From: Candidatus Desulfarcum epimagneticum
Lineage (GTDB): Bacteria > Desulfobacterota > Desulfobacteria > Desulfobacterales > CR-1
Reading direction: 5' to 3'
Length of the DNA: 64,000 nt
Assembly: GCA_900659855.1 (NCBI GenBank)
Contig: CAACVI010000051.1
Coordinates: 17,781 to 81,780 of the forward strand
Shown here: positions 16,668 to 27,252 of the stretch, piece by piece
Layout of the letters: the number at the start of each line of letters is the position of its first letter
Numbering within the stretch: position 1 is the stretch's first letter
Translations under genes and position numbers: made by a program
Notes under the pieces: model-generated
Databases searched by the model: none
Seen by the model: the letters and a program-made list of their open reading frames with translations, nothing else
Told to the model about the DNA's origin: nothing

Positions 16668-17168
16668 ATGAAAATGGCGTTGATCGCGCTTTTTGCGCTT
16701 GCGGTTGTTCTGGGCGCGGGTCTTTTTATCCTGGGGGCGATTTCCCGGTCGGGAAAAGCCCCGGGGCTTTTGGAGGGAAGGCTGGCCCCGTGCCCCAAGG
16801 CGCCCAACTGTGTTTGCAGCGAGGAAAAGGGGGACGCGGGCCATTACATCGAGCCTGTGGCGATTCCCCCCCATGTTGAGGGGATGGGGATGATCCGGGA
16901 GACTATTTTGGAGATGGGGGGCCGAATCCGGGACGAGGAAGGCGGCCACCTGGCCGCGACCTTTTCATCGCGGTTTTTCGGTTTTGTGGACGATTTTGAA
17001 ATCCGGGCCGATTTTTTGGAAAAAAAGGTTCACATCCGCTCGGCCTCCCGGGTCGGTCACAGCGATTTCGGGGCCAACCGAAGGCGGGCTGAGCGATTCA
17101 GCGTCCTGTGTATGGAAAAAATGTCCCGGAAAGACGCTGAAAAGGACGGGGAGGCGCCAAAACCATGA
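16668..17168 (+). CDS. DUF1499-like membrane-anchored protein
   Basis: N-terminal TM helix, then LAPCPKAPNCVCSE...FVDDFE...IRSASRVGHSDFGANRRR, typical of the DUF1499 family. Confidence 0.65.
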   Translation: MKMALIALFALAVVLGAGLFILGAISRSGKAPGLLEGRLAPCPKAPNCVCSEEKGDAGHYIEPVAIPPHVEGMGMIRETILEMGGRIRDEEGGHLAATFSSRFFGFVDDFEIRADFLEKKVHIRSASRVGHSDFGANRRRAERFSVLCMEKMSRKDAEKDGEAPKP

Positions 17169-17512
17169 CCCGAGTCATTTATGCGGCATACCTTTTTTTG
17201 ACCCTCTGGGCCTCCCTGGTCCCGGCTTCGGGAGAGGCGACCATGGGGGATTTTGACAAGCTCGCCCATTTTGCGACCTACGCCGGCATGGGGATTCTTT
17301 CGTGTCTGGCCTTTCATTCAAGGCCGGCCCGGATTTTTTCCCTGGTATTCGGCGCGGCGCTGGGCGCGGCCCTGGAGCTGGCCCAGGGCTGGGTTCCCGG
17401 ACGCTCGCCGTCCATGATGGACGCCGCGGCCAACGCGCTGGGGATCATCGCCGGGGCCGGGTTTTACGCAAAATACGGCCGGTTTTTAAAAGGCGTGTGG
17501 CCGGTTTCGTAA
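17165..17512 (+). CDS. VanZ-like family membrane protein
   Basis: 115 aa with 3-4 TM segments. DKLAHFATYAGMG motif. Start overlaps the upstream stop (ATGA). Confidence 0.65.
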   Translation: MTRVIYAAYLFLTLWASLVPASGEATMGDFDKLAHFATYAGMGILSCLAFHSRPARIFSLVFGAALGAALELAQGWVPGRSPSMMDAAANALGIIAGAGFYAKYGRFLKGVWPVS

Positions 17513-17517
17513 AAACT

Positions 17518-17684
17518 TTGATAAACTCGTAAAAAAGATTGGGATGGCTAAGTTAAAAATTCCATAGGCTAAAATTTAAGCCACAAGGCGTGGCGGTTAT
17601 TTTTAATTGAGGCAATACATGTAGTATGCCTCGATTAAAAATAAGCGCCGCAACGCAGTAGATCGGAGTTTTTACGGCGCTGTC
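17518..17684. repeat. IPR family copy 2 (inverted orientation, with extra module)
   Basis: Contains TTGATAAACTCGTAAAAAA, a 73-nt module about 90% identical to the reverse complement of 47882-47954, the central hairpin TTAATTGAGGCA...TGCCTCGATTAA, and the terminus TTTTTACGGCGCTGTC. Confidence 0.85.
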
Positions 17685-19773
17685 AAGAGTTCCCGTTGAG
17701 GATCAGGGTGAGAGGCCGATCCTCATCATCTTCCCAGGAAAGCCGGATCGGGCCGGGCTTTCGATGGGGATCGGGGCCGGGCCGGGCCGCCAGCCACTCC
17801 TCCCGGCGGGCCTTGACCGCCTGAAAGGCCGGCGATTTCAGATCCACCAGGCTTTTTTCCATGACCAGAGACAGCTTTCCCTTTCGCTCCTCCAGATGCA
17901 TGAGCGGGGCGATGGGGACGCCCAAAGGCTCCCAGTGGGCAAATCCGCGCTCCAGGTTTTTGATGGCCGCCATATGCCCGGTGGCGCCGTTGGCGATGAG
18001 GGAAAAGGCCGTGAGCCCCAGGTTGTGGGCGTACACGCAGTCGAAAAGGGTGGGGTCGGCGCCCCGGCCGTCGTAGCCGTAAAAATGGGGCTGGGTTTTA
18101 AAGCCGGGGACTGATTTTTCGTATATTTTTTTCACCGCCGGCGGAATGTCCTCCCCGGGTTTCAGGCTCCCTTCTTTTTCCAGGGCGCTTTTGAGGGTTT
18201 TGAGGGAAATAATGGATTCTTTGACCCGAAGCGGGTCTTGGGAGTTGTAATTTTTAAACAGCGCCGGGCCGAAATAGTCCGGGGACAGGCCGTCTTTTTC
18301 AAGGGTTTTTTCGTAAATCCGGCGCTCGATCCCGATTTTGTAAACGCCTTTTTCCTTTAAAATCTCCAGGTAATCTTTGACCAGGCCCATGATGACCTTT
18401 TCGGTCTCCACCAGGGAAAACTGGAAATTGCCGTGGCTGTCGCGCTGAGACAGGAGCCCTTCCTGGAAAAAGGCGGGCAGGTCGTTGAAAAGATCGTCGT
18501 CCCGGGAGTTCCACACCGAGGGCTCGTTTTTCTCCCTGGCGCGTCGGGCCATCCTGGCCAGTCGCTCCAGCTTGTCTTTGAGCAGGGGGAAATCATCGTG
18601 GAAGGCGGTGTCGCGGACCCGGTTGTATTCGCCGATGATGGCGTTGAGCTTGATGATAAAGGTCTGGATTTCATTGACAAATTCCAGAACGCCTTCCGGG
18701 ATGACCATGACCCCGTAATTTTTCCCGGCCCCGGCCCTTCGGACAATGGCGTCGCAGATGACCCGGGACAGGCGCCGGAGGGTCATGCCGTAGGCCGAGG
18801 GATCGATGGCGTTTTTCTCCCGGGCTTTTTTTTCCCTTTCCAGATCCGTGTACTCCGCGATGTCCTCCCCGATGAGGGTGATCGGGGCGTGGGTTTGCAG
18901 GGCCGTCTCAAGGGCCAGATGGCTGGCGGAGCGTCCCATGACCTTGCAGACATGCCAGTATTTCGCGTCCGAGGCGCAGTCCGAGCACAAGCGGCTGACG
19001 GATTCGGAAAAGGCCCGGGCCGCCGAGTGGAAGCCGAAGGACATGGCGCAAAGAACCTCGCCTTTGCTGTCTTTGGCCTGGACATCGCCGTCGATGGTCT
19101 TGGGGACCCCGATGACCTGGACCCCGTCGGCCAGCATGTGCTGGGCCAGGAAGGCCGCGTTGGTGTTGGAGTCGTCGCCCCCCACGACCACCAGGGCGTC
19201 CAGGCCCATGTCCCGGCAGGTTTTTTTCGCCATGGCCGTTTTTTCGGGCGTGTCGATTTTGGCCCGGCCGGTTTGGATCATGGAAAAGCCGCCCATATTC
19301 CGGTGGGCGTCGATGGTTTTTTCATCCAGCAAAACGGCGCGTCCGTCCATGACGCCGTCGGGCCCCAGGATAAATCCGTAAACCTCGCTTTCGGGGTTGG
19401 CCTTTTTCGCGGCGTCGAAAAGACCGGCGATGACATTGTGGCCGCCGGGCGCGGGGCCCCCTGAAAACACGATCCCGATCCGGCGTTTTTTTGAGAATTC
19501 TCTGGCGTGGGCCTCTCCGAGATTCTGCCCCCCGGACACCCTCAGGACCCGGGCGTGGATGAGATCGGGCAGTTTCCGGGCCGCCTCCCGGTGGATGTCA
19601 AAGACAAATCGTTCGTCGGTCTCAAGGCCGGTCCGGCCGGCTTTGAACACGTCGCACACATCCGGGCGGAAGCGTCTTCTTCTCTGGGAGGCCGGGCTCT
19701 GGTCGTCAAGGGCCTGTCGGACGGTTTCTTTTTCAATCAAAGGGGCGGTTTGACTCCCGGGCGGATTCGGCAT
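17683..19773 (-). CDS. pfp: pyrophosphate-dependent 6-phosphofructokinase (long form)
   Basis: GGDDSNT (Asp, PPi-type) and PKTIDGD (Lys, PPi-type) motifs. SGGPAPGGHNV. 696 aa. Confidence 0.85.
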   Translation of the reverse strand: MPNPPGSQTAPLIEKETVRQALDDQSPASQRRRRFRPDVCDVFKAGRTGLETDERFVFDIHREAARKLPDLIHARVLRVSGGQNLGEAHAREFSKKRRIGIVFSGGPAPGGHNVIAGLFDAAKKANPESEVYGFILGPDGVMDGRAVLLDEKTIDAHRNMGGFSMIQTGRAKIDTPEKTAMAKKTCRDMGLDALVVVGGDDSNTNAAFLAQHMLADGVQVIGVPKTIDGDVQAKDSKGEVLCAMSFGFHSAARAFSESVSRLCSDCASDAKYWHVCKVMGRSASHLALETALQTHAPITLIGEDIAEYTDLEREKKAREKNAIDPSAYGMTLRRLSRVICDAIVRRAGAGKNYGVMVIPEGVLEFVNEIQTFIIKLNAIIGEYNRVRDTAFHDDFPLLKDKLERLARMARRAREKNEPSVWNSRDDDLFNDLPAFFQEGLLSQRDSHGNFQFSLVETEKVIMGLVKDYLEILKEKGVYKIGIERRIYEKTLEKDGLSPDYFGPALFKNYNSQDPLRVKESIISLKTLKSALEKEGSLKPGEDIPPAVKKIYEKSVPGFKTQPHFYGYDGRGADPTLFDCVYAHNLGLTAFSLIANGATGHMAAIKNLERGFAHWEPLGVPIAPLMHLEERKGKLSLVMEKSLVDLKSPAFQAVKARREEWLAARPGPDPHRKPGPIRLSWEDDEDRPLTLILNGNS

Positions 19774-19935
19774 GGCATGGCTCCTTATGGCGACGGGCGG
19801 TTTCGCCGGCGGCGGCGAAAAGCCCTTTTCTTTAAGGTTGATATAAAACAGGCATATATGCTAAAAAGACATAAATGATTGAGCCTTGGAAATCAAGGTC
19901 TGATTCGACGTTGAGACTGAAAAACGGCTAAAAAA

Positions 19936-21645
19936 ATGAAAACGTTTCAAACCCGCATATTTGAAAAATCGGGTCTGCCCTGGGTCATCCTGGGCGCGGT
20001 GGCGGTTTTGTTTCCTTTGTTTTTCTACATGACATCGGACGACATCAGCCGGCAGAAAAAATATTTCACCCGCATGCTTCTGGAAAAGGGGGCCGCCGTC
20101 ATCGCCTCCATCGAGGCCGGGAGCCGGGCCGCCGAGATGGGTGTTCACTGGAGCGACCCCCAGCTCCAGCGGCTTCTGGCCAAAACCGGGGAGCAGCCCG
20201 ACATTGTGTACATCATGGTGGCGGACGCCGGGGGACTGATCCTGGCCCACAGCGACCCTTCGGGGATTTTTTCCATGTACGGCGGGAAAGTCGATCTTCC
20301 CGGGGCCGTCCGGTCCGGGGATTTGAAGTGGCGTGTGGCGGGCGGGCCCGGCGGGGAGAAAATATTCGAGGTCCGGCGGAGATTTTCCCCGTCGCTTTTT
20401 CCCCCGGGCATGGTCCCGGGCGGCCTTGACCCCGGGCATATCTTCGCCGGCCCCCGGGTGATCTTTGTGGGTCTGGACATGGGGCCTTTGGAGGAGGCCC
20501 GCATGACCGAAGCCCGGCATACCGTGTTTATGGGCGTTCTTCTTCTTTTGATCGCCTTTTCAGGCGTGGCCCTGCTCATGGGATTTCAGCAGCGCCGCTC
20601 GGATAAGGCCTCCCTTTCCCGGGAAAAGGCCGTTTCGGGCAACCTGGTCCGCCACATGCCGGCGGGGGTGGCGGTGGCCGATGAAACGGGGCGCGTGGCG
20701 CTTTTCAACCGCGTGGCGGGAAAGATACTGGACGCGGACCCGGCCGATGTCCTGGGCCGGGACGCCGCCGACGCGCTGCCCGGCGCGCTTTTCGATCTGG
20801 CCCGGGGCCTGGATTCCGAAAAGCCGTCGGTGGAAACCGAAATCCGCTGCCGGGCCGGCGGCCGTGACATTCCCCTCCAGGCCGGGGCCTCCACGCTCAG
20901 AGACGAATCCGGGGCGTTTTTGGGGCATGTGTTTTTGTTTCGGGACCTTTCGACGCAAAAGGCCCTTCAAAGCGAGGTGGAGACCTCCCGACGCCTGGCC
21001 TCGACCGGGCGCCTGGCCGCCGGGGTGGCCCACGAGATCCGAAACCCGCTCAGCTCCATCAAGGGCTTCGCCACCTATTTTATGGAGCGTTACGGGGACG
21101 CGAGGGAAAACGCCCGAATCGCCTCCATGATGATCAGTGAAATCGAGCGCGTGAACCGGACCCTGGGGCAGCTTCTGGATTTCGCCGGACCCCCGGCGAT
21201 TTCCAAAACGCCTTTAAACATCCAGACTCTTCTGGAAAATTCCATCCGGACCATTGAAAGACAGGCCGCCGAACAGAAGATTGAAATCCGGACCCGGTTT
21301 TCGGCCCGGGACCCGGAAATCCGGGCCGACTCCGACCGGATCGCCCAGGCGTTTTTAAATCTTTTTCTAAACGCCCTGGAGGCCATGGGAGAAGGGGGGA
21401 TACTGTCGGTCTGTCTGAAGGACGACCCCGGGGGCCTTGAGGTCGTGGTCTCAGACACGGGGCCGGGGATATTTGAGGGGAGCATGGAAAAGATATTCGA
21501 CCCTTATTTCACCACCAGACCCTCGGGATCGGGCCTGGGGCTGGCCATGACGCGCAACATCGTCAAGGCCCACGGGGGCGATATCCGGGCCGCCAACCGG
21601 GAGACCGGCGGGGCCGAGTTCAAACTGTTTTTAAAGAGGCGATGA
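19936..21645 (+). CDS. membrane sensor histidine kinase (PAS, HisKA, HATPase)
   Basis: Two TM segments flank a periplasmic region. H-box AHEIRNPLSSI. G-boxes DTGPGI and GSGLGLA. Confidence 0.88.
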   Translation: MKTFQTRIFEKSGLPWVILGAVAVLFPLFFYMTSDDISRQKKYFTRMLLEKGAAVIASIEAGSRAAEMGVHWSDPQLQRLLAKTGEQPDIVYIMVADAGGLILAHSDPSGIFSMYGGKVDLPGAVRSGDLKWRVAGGPGGEKIFEVRRRFSPSLFPPGMVPGGLDPGHIFAGPRVIFVGLDMGPLEEARMTEARHTVFMGVLLLLIAFSGVALLMGFQQRRSDKASLSREKAVSGNLVRHMPAGVAVADETGRVALFNRVAGKILDADPADVLGRDAADALPGALFDLARGLDSEKPSVETEIRCRAGGRDIPLQAGASTLRDESGAFLGHVFLFRDLSTQKALQSEVETSRRLASTGRLAAGVAHEIRNPLSSIKGFATYFMERYGDARENARIASMMISEIERVNRTLGQLLDFAGPPAISKTPLNIQTLLENSIRTIERQAAEQKIEIRTRFSARDPEIRADSDRIAQAFLNLFLNALEAMGEGGILSVCLKDDPGGLEVVVSDTGPGIFEGSMEKIFDPYFTTRPSGSGLGLAMTRNIVKAHGGDIRAANRETGGAEFKLFLKRR

Positions 21646-21646
21646 C

Positions 21647-23008
21647 ATGAAAAAAAGACCCTCCATTCTGGCGGTGGACGACGACCCGGCCCACCGGGCC
21701 ATGCTGGCCGCGCTCCTGGGCGGCTGGGGATACCATGTGGAAGAGGCCGACGACGGCTCCGCCGCCATTGAAAAGACCCGCGAGCGGCCCTTTGACCTGG
21801 TTCTGATGGACGTCCGCATGCTTAAAGTCTCGGGCATCGAGGCCCTGGAGGAGATCATGTCCTTCAACCCGGCCGTGCCGGTGATCATCATGACGGCCTA
21901 CTCCTCGGTGGAAAACGCCGTGGTGGCTTTGAAAAAAGGCGCCTATGACTACCTGGAAAAGCCCCTGGATTTCGACAAGCTGAAAAACATCATCCGGCGG
22001 GCCATTGAGCGAACCCGGCCCAGGGACGAAACCCGGGAGTCCGACCCGGCTCCGGGCTTTGACCGGAGCCGGATCGTGGGGGATTCTCCCTCCATGATTC
22101 GCCTTCTGGACATGGCGGCCCGGGTGGCGGCCTCGGACGCCACGGTTCTGATCCGGGGAGAGTCGGGCGCGGGCAAGGAGGTCATCGCCTCAGCCATTCA
22201 TGACGGCAGCCCCAGGAAAAACGGCCCCTTTGTGAAGATCAACTGCGCGGCTTTGACCGAGACCCTTTTGGAATCCGAGCTGTTCGGCCATGAAAAGGGC
22301 GCCTTCACCGGCGCCGACCGAAGGCGGGAGGGGAAGTTCGTCCAGTCCGAAGGGGGGTCTTTGTTTCTGGACGAGGTCAGCGAAATGCCCTATCCCATGC
22401 AGGCCAAGCTGCTTCGGGCCCTCCAGGAAAGGGAGGTGACCCGGGTGGGAGGGGACGCGGTCATTCATGTGGATGTCCGGGTCATCGCCGCCGCCAACCG
22501 GGACCTGGAGGACATGGTCCGGGAAGGGGGGTTCAGGCGGGATTTGTTTTACCGCCTGAACGTCATCGCCCTTGATGTTCCCCCGCTTCGGGACAGACGG
22601 CGGGACATCCCTTTGCTGGCGGCCCGGTTTTTAAAGGAGCTGGCCCAAAAAAACAACCGAAACATCCAGGGCTTCACCCCGGCGGCCATGGATGTTCTGG
22701 TGAGACACGACTGGCCGGGAAATGTCCGGGAGCTGATGAACGCCGTGGAACGGGGGGTGGTTCTGGGCCGGGGAGACTACCTGGACGCGGGGGATCTGTT
22801 CCAGGACTTTGAGCGCGCGCCGGACGGCGACGCGGCTTTGACCATGGGGGAGGGCGGCGGAAACCTTAAGGAGATGGAGCGCGCGGCCATTGAAAAGGCC
22901 CTTGAGGCGTCCGGGGGAAACAAAACCCGGGCGGCCCGGCTTTTGGGAATCACCCGCAAGACCCTTTACCGGAAGCTGGCCCGGCATGGCGTTGAGCCCA
23001 ATTCTTAA
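21647..23008 (+). CDS. sigma-54-dependent response regulator (NtrC/AtoC family)
   Basis: REC domain, AAA+ GESGAGKE, GAFTGA motif (GHEKGAFTGA) and a C-terminal Fis-type HTH. Confidence 0.92.
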   Translation: MKKRPSILAVDDDPAHRAMLAALLGGWGYHVEEADDGSAAIEKTRERPFDLVLMDVRMLKVSGIEALEEIMSFNPAVPVIIMTAYSSVENAVVALKKGAYDYLEKPLDFDKLKNIIRRAIERTRPRDETRESDPAPGFDRSRIVGDSPSMIRLLDMAARVAASDATVLIRGESGAGKEVIASAIHDGSPRKNGPFVKINCAALTETLLESELFGHEKGAFTGADRRREGKFVQSEGGSLFLDEVSEMPYPMQAKLLRALQEREVTRVGGDAVIHVDVRVIAAANRDLEDMVREGGFRRDLFYRLNVIALDVPPLRDRRRDIPLLAARFLKELAQKNNRNIQGFTPAAMDVLVRHDWPGNVRELMNAVERGVVLGRGDYLDAGDLFQDFERAPDGDAALTMGEGGGNLKEMERAAIEKALEASGGNKTRAARLLGITRKTLYRKLARHGVEPNS

Positions 23009-23018
23009 AACCGGATTC

Positions 23019-24239
23019 TTAAACCGGACCGGCCAGGCCGGCTTTGTATATCCGGCAGGGCCCCGACACGGCGTAACCCGGCGCCCGGGCCGGGACAAAG
23101 GCCGAGCGTCCTTTTTTCAAAACCAGGGGGGGCGCCCCGCCGGAGATGATTTTGGCCGCTCCCTCCACGCACAGCAGAACCTCGGGGCCGCGCCGCCGCG
23201 CCGCCAGGGGTTTTTCCGCGCAGGTCAGGACTGACAGAGAGAAATCCTGCCGGTTTGCGCGAAAGACGCGCTCGTGTTTCCCGATCTTTTCCGGCGCCGC
23301 CGGGAGGGGCGGGCCGGTCTTCCAGTCCAGGATTTTCAAAAGCCCAGGGATGTCCATGTGTTTGGAGGTCAGCCCCCCCCGGACCACATTGTCCGAGTTG
23401 TTCATCAGCTCGGCGCCCAGGCCCTCCAGGTAGGAATGGGGCGTTCCGGCGTCGATGACCAGGGCCTGGCCCGGCTCAAGGCGAATCAGGTTGAACAGCA
23501 GGGGGCCCAGGACCCCCATGTCCCCGGGATAGAGTTTATGAAGCCTTAACACCCACCGGGACGTCTCGTTTTGAGGGGAGTCGGCGGCGGCCGCCGCGGC
23601 TTTTTGAATGACGCCGGCCCGGGCCCCGGCCCCCAGGGTCATGAGAGATCGGTAAAAATGTCCCAGGCCCCCAGGGTCCGGACGTTTCTCAAGCCCGGAC
23701 AGCGCCCCCTCCAGCGCTTTTGAGCGGCAGGGCTGAAAATTTTTCACAATGTCTTCAACGGGACGGAAACCCGCCATGAGGCGAAAGGGGGAGATGGCGT
23801 GGATGATCTCGGTTTTGGCGCTTTTGTCCCGGTAGTTTCGATCCCGGGCGTCTAAGGGGACGCCTTGTCCCGATTCCTTTTCAAATCCCTCCCGCGCCTG
23901 GGATTTTGTGGGATGGACCTGGATGGAAAGGGGTTTTTCAACCGCCAGGATTTTAAACAGAAAGGGAAGGCGTCCGGAGCGTTTCGCCGCTGTTTCGGGG
24001 CCGAGGCAGTCCGCCGGGTTTTTTTCAATGACGCGGTCCAGCGGCGCCCATTCCCCGTTTGTCTCCACCCGGGACGGGGCCTTGGGATGGGCGCCCATCC
24101 AAAGCTCGGCTTCGGGCTTCGGCCCTTCAGCGGCGTCCGGGTCAAGGGGCGCTTTTCGGCCGAGAAAATCGGCCAGAAGGGTTCTGGACCCCCAGTCGTA
24201 CGCCATCACGGGGTTTTTTAACCGGGCGATGGATTTCAT
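23019..24239 (-). CDS. manA: mannose-6-phosphate isomerase, class I
   Basis: YDWGS, ELWMGAHP and LPFLFKILAVEKPLSIQVHP motifs. Confidence 0.88.
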   Translation of the reverse strand: MKSIARLKNPVMAYDWGSRTLLADFLGRKAPLDPDAAEGPKPEAELWMGAHPKAPSRVETNGEWAPLDRVIEKNPADCLGPETAAKRSGRLPFLFKILAVEKPLSIQVHPTKSQAREGFEKESGQGVPLDARDRNYRDKSAKTEIIHAISPFRLMAGFRPVEDIVKNFQPCRSKALEGALSGLEKRPDPGGLGHFYRSLMTLGAGARAGVIQKAAAAAADSPQNETSRWVLRLHKLYPGDMGVLGPLLFNLIRLEPGQALVIDAGTPHSYLEGLGAELMNNSDNVVRGGLTSKHMDIPGLLKILDWKTGPPLPAAPEKIGKHERVFRANRQDFSLSVLTCAEKPLAARRRGPEVLLCVEGAAKIISGGAPPLVLKKGRSAFVPARAPGYAVSGPCRIYKAGLAGPV

Positions 24240-24272
24240 GGGATTTGTTTCATCAAAGCTTTTTTTTGTCTG

Positions 24273-24302
24273 TTGACTCTGGGACGGCCCATCGGCTATA
24301 TA
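24273..24302 (+). promoter_or_regulatory. sigma-70-like promoter TTGACT-18-TATATA upstream of queC
   Basis: TTGACT at 24273-24278 and TATATA at 24297-24302, 45 nt before the ATG. Confidence 0.4.
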
Positions 24303-24346
24303 AATCCCTTTTTCCTTAATTTTTTAATTTTTTCAGGATTCTTATT

Positions 24347-25042
24347 ATGTCCAAAACCAAAAAAGCAGCCGTGGTCCTTCTAAGCGGGGGTCTGGATTCC
24401 ACCACCGTCATGGCCATGGCCCGGGAGATGGGGTTTGAGCGCTATGCCCTGAGCTTTGATTACGGCCAGCGCCACGCCCTGGAGCTGGACGCGGCCAGGG
24501 AGGCGGCTTCGGATTTCGGGGCGCGGGACCACCTGGTCCTGCGCGTGGACCTGGACAAAATCGGCGGATCGGCTCTGACCGGCCCCATGGCCGTTCCCAA
24601 AGGCGCGGCCCCGGATGGGGAGCCGGAGGCCATCCCCGTCACCTATGTGCCGGCCCGAAACACCGTTTTCCTGTCCCTGGCCCTTGCCTGGGCCGAGACC
24701 CTGGGGGCCTTTGACATCTTCATCGGCGTCAACGCCATTGATTACAGCGGCTATCCCGATTGCAGGCCGGAGTACATCGAGGCGTTTGAGCGCATGGCCA
24801 ACCTGGCCACAAAGGCCTGCGTCGAAGGGCGGGGCCGCGTCAGAGTCCAAACCCCGCTCATTCAAATGACCAAGGCCCAGATCGTTCAAAAGGGGCTGGC
24901 GCTGGGGGTGGATTTTTCAAAGACCCACAGCTGCTACGACCCGTCCCCCGGGGGTCTGGCCTGCGGGGAGTGCGACAGCTGCGTTTTGCGAAAACAGGGG
25001 TTTGAAAAAGCCGGGCTCACCGACCCGGCCCTGCTCCGGTGA
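24347..25042 (+). CDS. queC: 7-cyano-7-deazaguanine synthase
   Basis: PP-loop [13 protein letters not shown]-terminal Zn cluster CYDP...CGECDSC. Confidence 0.93.
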   Translation: MSKTKKAAVVLLSGGLDSTTVMAMAREMGFERYALSFDYGQRHALELDAAREAASDFGARDHLVLRVDLDKIGGSALTGPMAVPKGAAPDGEPEAIPVTYVPARNTVFLSLALAWAETLGAFDIFIGVNAIDYSGYPDCRPEYIEAFERMANLATKACVEGRGRVRVQTPLIQMTKAQIVQKGLALGVDFSKTHSCYDPSPGGLACGECDSCVLRKQGFEKAGLTDPALLR

Positions 25043-25054
25043 GCGCCTTTTCTT

Positions 25055-25486
25055 TTATTCCCACCGGTTCGGGCCCCGACGTTTCAAATTGATATGGTCC
25101 CGGCCCCGGCCCCTGTGTTTCAAATCGATATACCCCACGCCTCCCCGGCCGTTGATAAAGGAGTTGAGCAGCCAGCTTGCCGCGCTGATGAGAAGGGAGC
25201 CGAAAACCGCCGGCCAGAATCCCGACACCTGGAATCCCGGGGAGATGGCGGACACCATTTTCAGCATGGCGGCGTTCACCACAAAGGTGAACAGGCCCAG
25301 GGTCAACAGATTGAGGGGCAAAGTCAGAATCAGGGCCACGGGCCGGAAAAACGCGTTGAGTATCCCCAGCATGGCGGCGGCGAAAAGCGCGGATAAAAAC
25401 CCGCTCACGCGGATCCCGTCCAGCAGAAACGCGCAGATGATCACCGCGCCGGTCAGGACCAGCCAGCGGATGAGAATGCCTTTCAT
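25055..25486 (-). CDS. DUF360/phage-holin-4-like small membrane protein
   Basis: 143 aa with four predicted TM helices. The sequence pattern resembles the YvlD/DUF360 family. Confidence 0.6.
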   Translation of the reverse strand: MKGILIRWLVLTGAVIICAFLLDGIRVSGFLSALFAAAMLGILNAFFRPVALILTLPLNLLTLGLFTFVVNAAMLKMVSAISPGFQVSGFWPAVFGSLLISAASWLLNSFINGRGGVGYIDLKHRGRGRDHINLKRRGPNRWE

Positions 25487-25501
25487 GGATTTTTCCTTTG
25501 C

Positions 25502-25651
25502 GAACGGCGTCGTAAAAATCCGATCTACTGCGTTTCAGCGTTTTTTTGTTCATTCGGCATACTATGCGTATGGCCTCACTCTCAAAAAAACGCCGCGCCT
25601 TGTATATCGAATTTTACGACGCCGTTTAATTCGGTTTCTTACGAGTCTGTC
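25502..25651. repeat. IPR family copy 3
   Basis: GAACGGCGTCGTAAAAATCCGATCTACTGCGTT...CGCCTTGTATATCGAATTTTACGACGCCGTT. The add-on TTCTTACGAGTCTGTC overlaps the icd stop codon. Confidence 0.85.
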
Positions 25652-26877
25652 TTTTCCTTCGCCCGCTCAGCCACAGCCTCTCCAAACCGGGAGCACGACA
25701 CCTCTTCGGCCCCCTCGATCTGACGGGCCAGGTCATAGGTGACGATGCCGTCGGCCACGGCCTTTTCAAGCCCGGCCTCCACCCGGTCCGCCGCCTCTTT
25801 CCATCCCATGTGCCGGAGCATCATGGCGCCTGAAAGAATCAAAGAGCCGGGGTTGACCTTGTCCAGCCCCGCGTATTTGGGAGCGGTGCCGTGGGTGGCC
25901 TCAAACACGGCGCACTGGGCGCCGATGTTGGCGCCGGGCGCCATTCCAAGCCCCCCCACCTGGGCCGCCAGGGCGTCGGAGATATAATCGCCGTTGAGAT
26001 TCGGGGTGGCGATGACGTGGTACTCGTCGGGCCGCAGGAGGACCTGCTGAAAGAGCATGTCCGCGATGCGGTCCTTGATGACGATTTTCCCCTCGGGCCT
26101 TTGTCCCCCGTGTTTTTCAAACAGGTCCGCCTCGGTGATCACCGAATCCCCGAAATACTCAAGGGCCGCCTCGTAGCCCCATTTGGAAAAGGCGCCTTCG
26201 GTGAATTTCATGATGTTTCCCTTGTGCATCAGGCACACGCTGGGCAGATCGTTTTCAATGGCGTATAAAACGGCTTTTTTCACCAGGCGTTTGGTGTTCC
26301 CCGGGCTGATGGGCTTGATCCCGATTCCGGATTTGTCGGGCAGGGGGATTCCCATTTTTTTCTTTAAAAAATCCGCCACGGCGCCGGCCCCTTCGGATTC
26401 CGATTCCCATTCGATTCCGGCGTACAGGTCCTCGGTGTTTTCCCTGAAAACCGTGATATTGATTTTTTCCGGGTTTTTCACCGGGCTGGGGACCCCGGGT
26501 ATATGTCTCACGGGCCGCGCGCAGGCGTAAAGATCCAGCTTCTGGCGTATGGCCACGTTCACGCTGCGGATGCCCTCTCCCACCGGGGTGGTGAGCGGCC
26601 CCTTGATGGCCACCGCGTGCTCCCGGATGGTGTCCAGGGTCTGGTCGGGGAGCCACTCGCCGGTCTGGTTGAAGCCTTTTTCACCGGCGTAGGTCTCCAG
26701 CCAGGAGATTCGCCGTTTTCCGCCGTAGGCGGCCGTCACACCGCTGTCCAGGACCATTTTCGAGGCGCGCCATATGTCCGGGCCGATGCCGTCCCCTTCG
26801 ATGAATGGAATAATGGGGGTATCCGGAACCAAAAGGGATCCGTCCTCTTCCAGGGTTATTTTTTCAGGTTGGGTCAT
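25639..26877 (-). CDS. icd: NADP-dependent isocitrate dehydrogenase
   Basis: 412 aa. [13 protein letters not shown], SxN...R substrate motifs and NLNGDYISD. Confidence 0.93.
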   Translation of the reverse strand: MTQPEKITLEEDGSLLVPDTPIIPFIEGDGIGPDIWRASKMVLDSGVTAAYGGKRRISWLETYAGEKGFNQTGEWLPDQTLDTIREHAVAIKGPLTTPVGEGIRSVNVAIRQKLDLYACARPVRHIPGVPSPVKNPEKINITVFRENTEDLYAGIEWESESEGAGAVADFLKKKMGIPLPDKSGIGIKPISPGNTKRLVKKAVLYAIENDLPSVCLMHKGNIMKFTEGAFSKWGYEAALEYFGDSVITEADLFEKHGGQRPEGKIVIKDRIADMLFQQVLLRPDEYHVIATPNLNGDYISDALAAQVGGLGMAPGANIGAQCAVFEATHGTAPKYAGLDKVNPGSLILSGAMMLRHMGWKEAADRVEAGLEKAVADGIVTYDLARQIEGAEEVSCSRFGEAVAERAKEKTDS

Positions 26878-26981
26878 TTCTTTTATCCTTTCCGTCTTTT
26901 GTATTCCTGAGTCTGATCTATCTAATAGTTGTGCCGATTTACGGGTCCAAGATGATCAATATATGATACCTGCTGAATTGT

Positions 26982-27085
26982 AAGCGTTTGCAGGGCGTCG
27001 AATATGCAAGGCGCCGGGCCTGAAGACGTACTCTTGTACTTCAAAGGCCCGGTAACGCAGCAGATACGGCGTCCTGTGAACGCTT
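26982..27085. repeat. diverged IPR-like palindrome (copy 6)
   Basis: AAGCGTTTGCAGGGCGTCGAATATGCAAGGCGCCGGGCC...GGCCCGGTAACGCAGCAGATACGGCGTCCTGTGAACGCTT. The arms are related to the CGCCTTGTATATCGA and CGATCTACTGCGTT arms of the other copies. Confidence 0.6.
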
Positions 27086-27099
27086 GCCAATGATTTTAT

Positions 27100-27151
27100 T
27101 CGCCGGCCGCTTTTCGCGCGGGATGACGCCCGCCCGGCGACGGGGTTTTTT
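27100..27151 (+). terminator. orphan hairpin plus T-run (terminator-like)
   Basis: TCGCCGG(27100-27106)...CCGGCGA(27134-27140) with an inner GCGGG/CCCGC stem, followed by GGGGTTTTTT. There is no plus-strand gene upstream. Confidence 0.3.
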
Positions 27152-27252
27152 GTATGGAAATATCTTTAATTGGGGAAAGTGTCAAGTTTTTCCGGGAAAC
27201 CGGACCGGCATTCGTTGACTTTCCAGGGCGCCTGTAGTATCTAACGGTCAAA

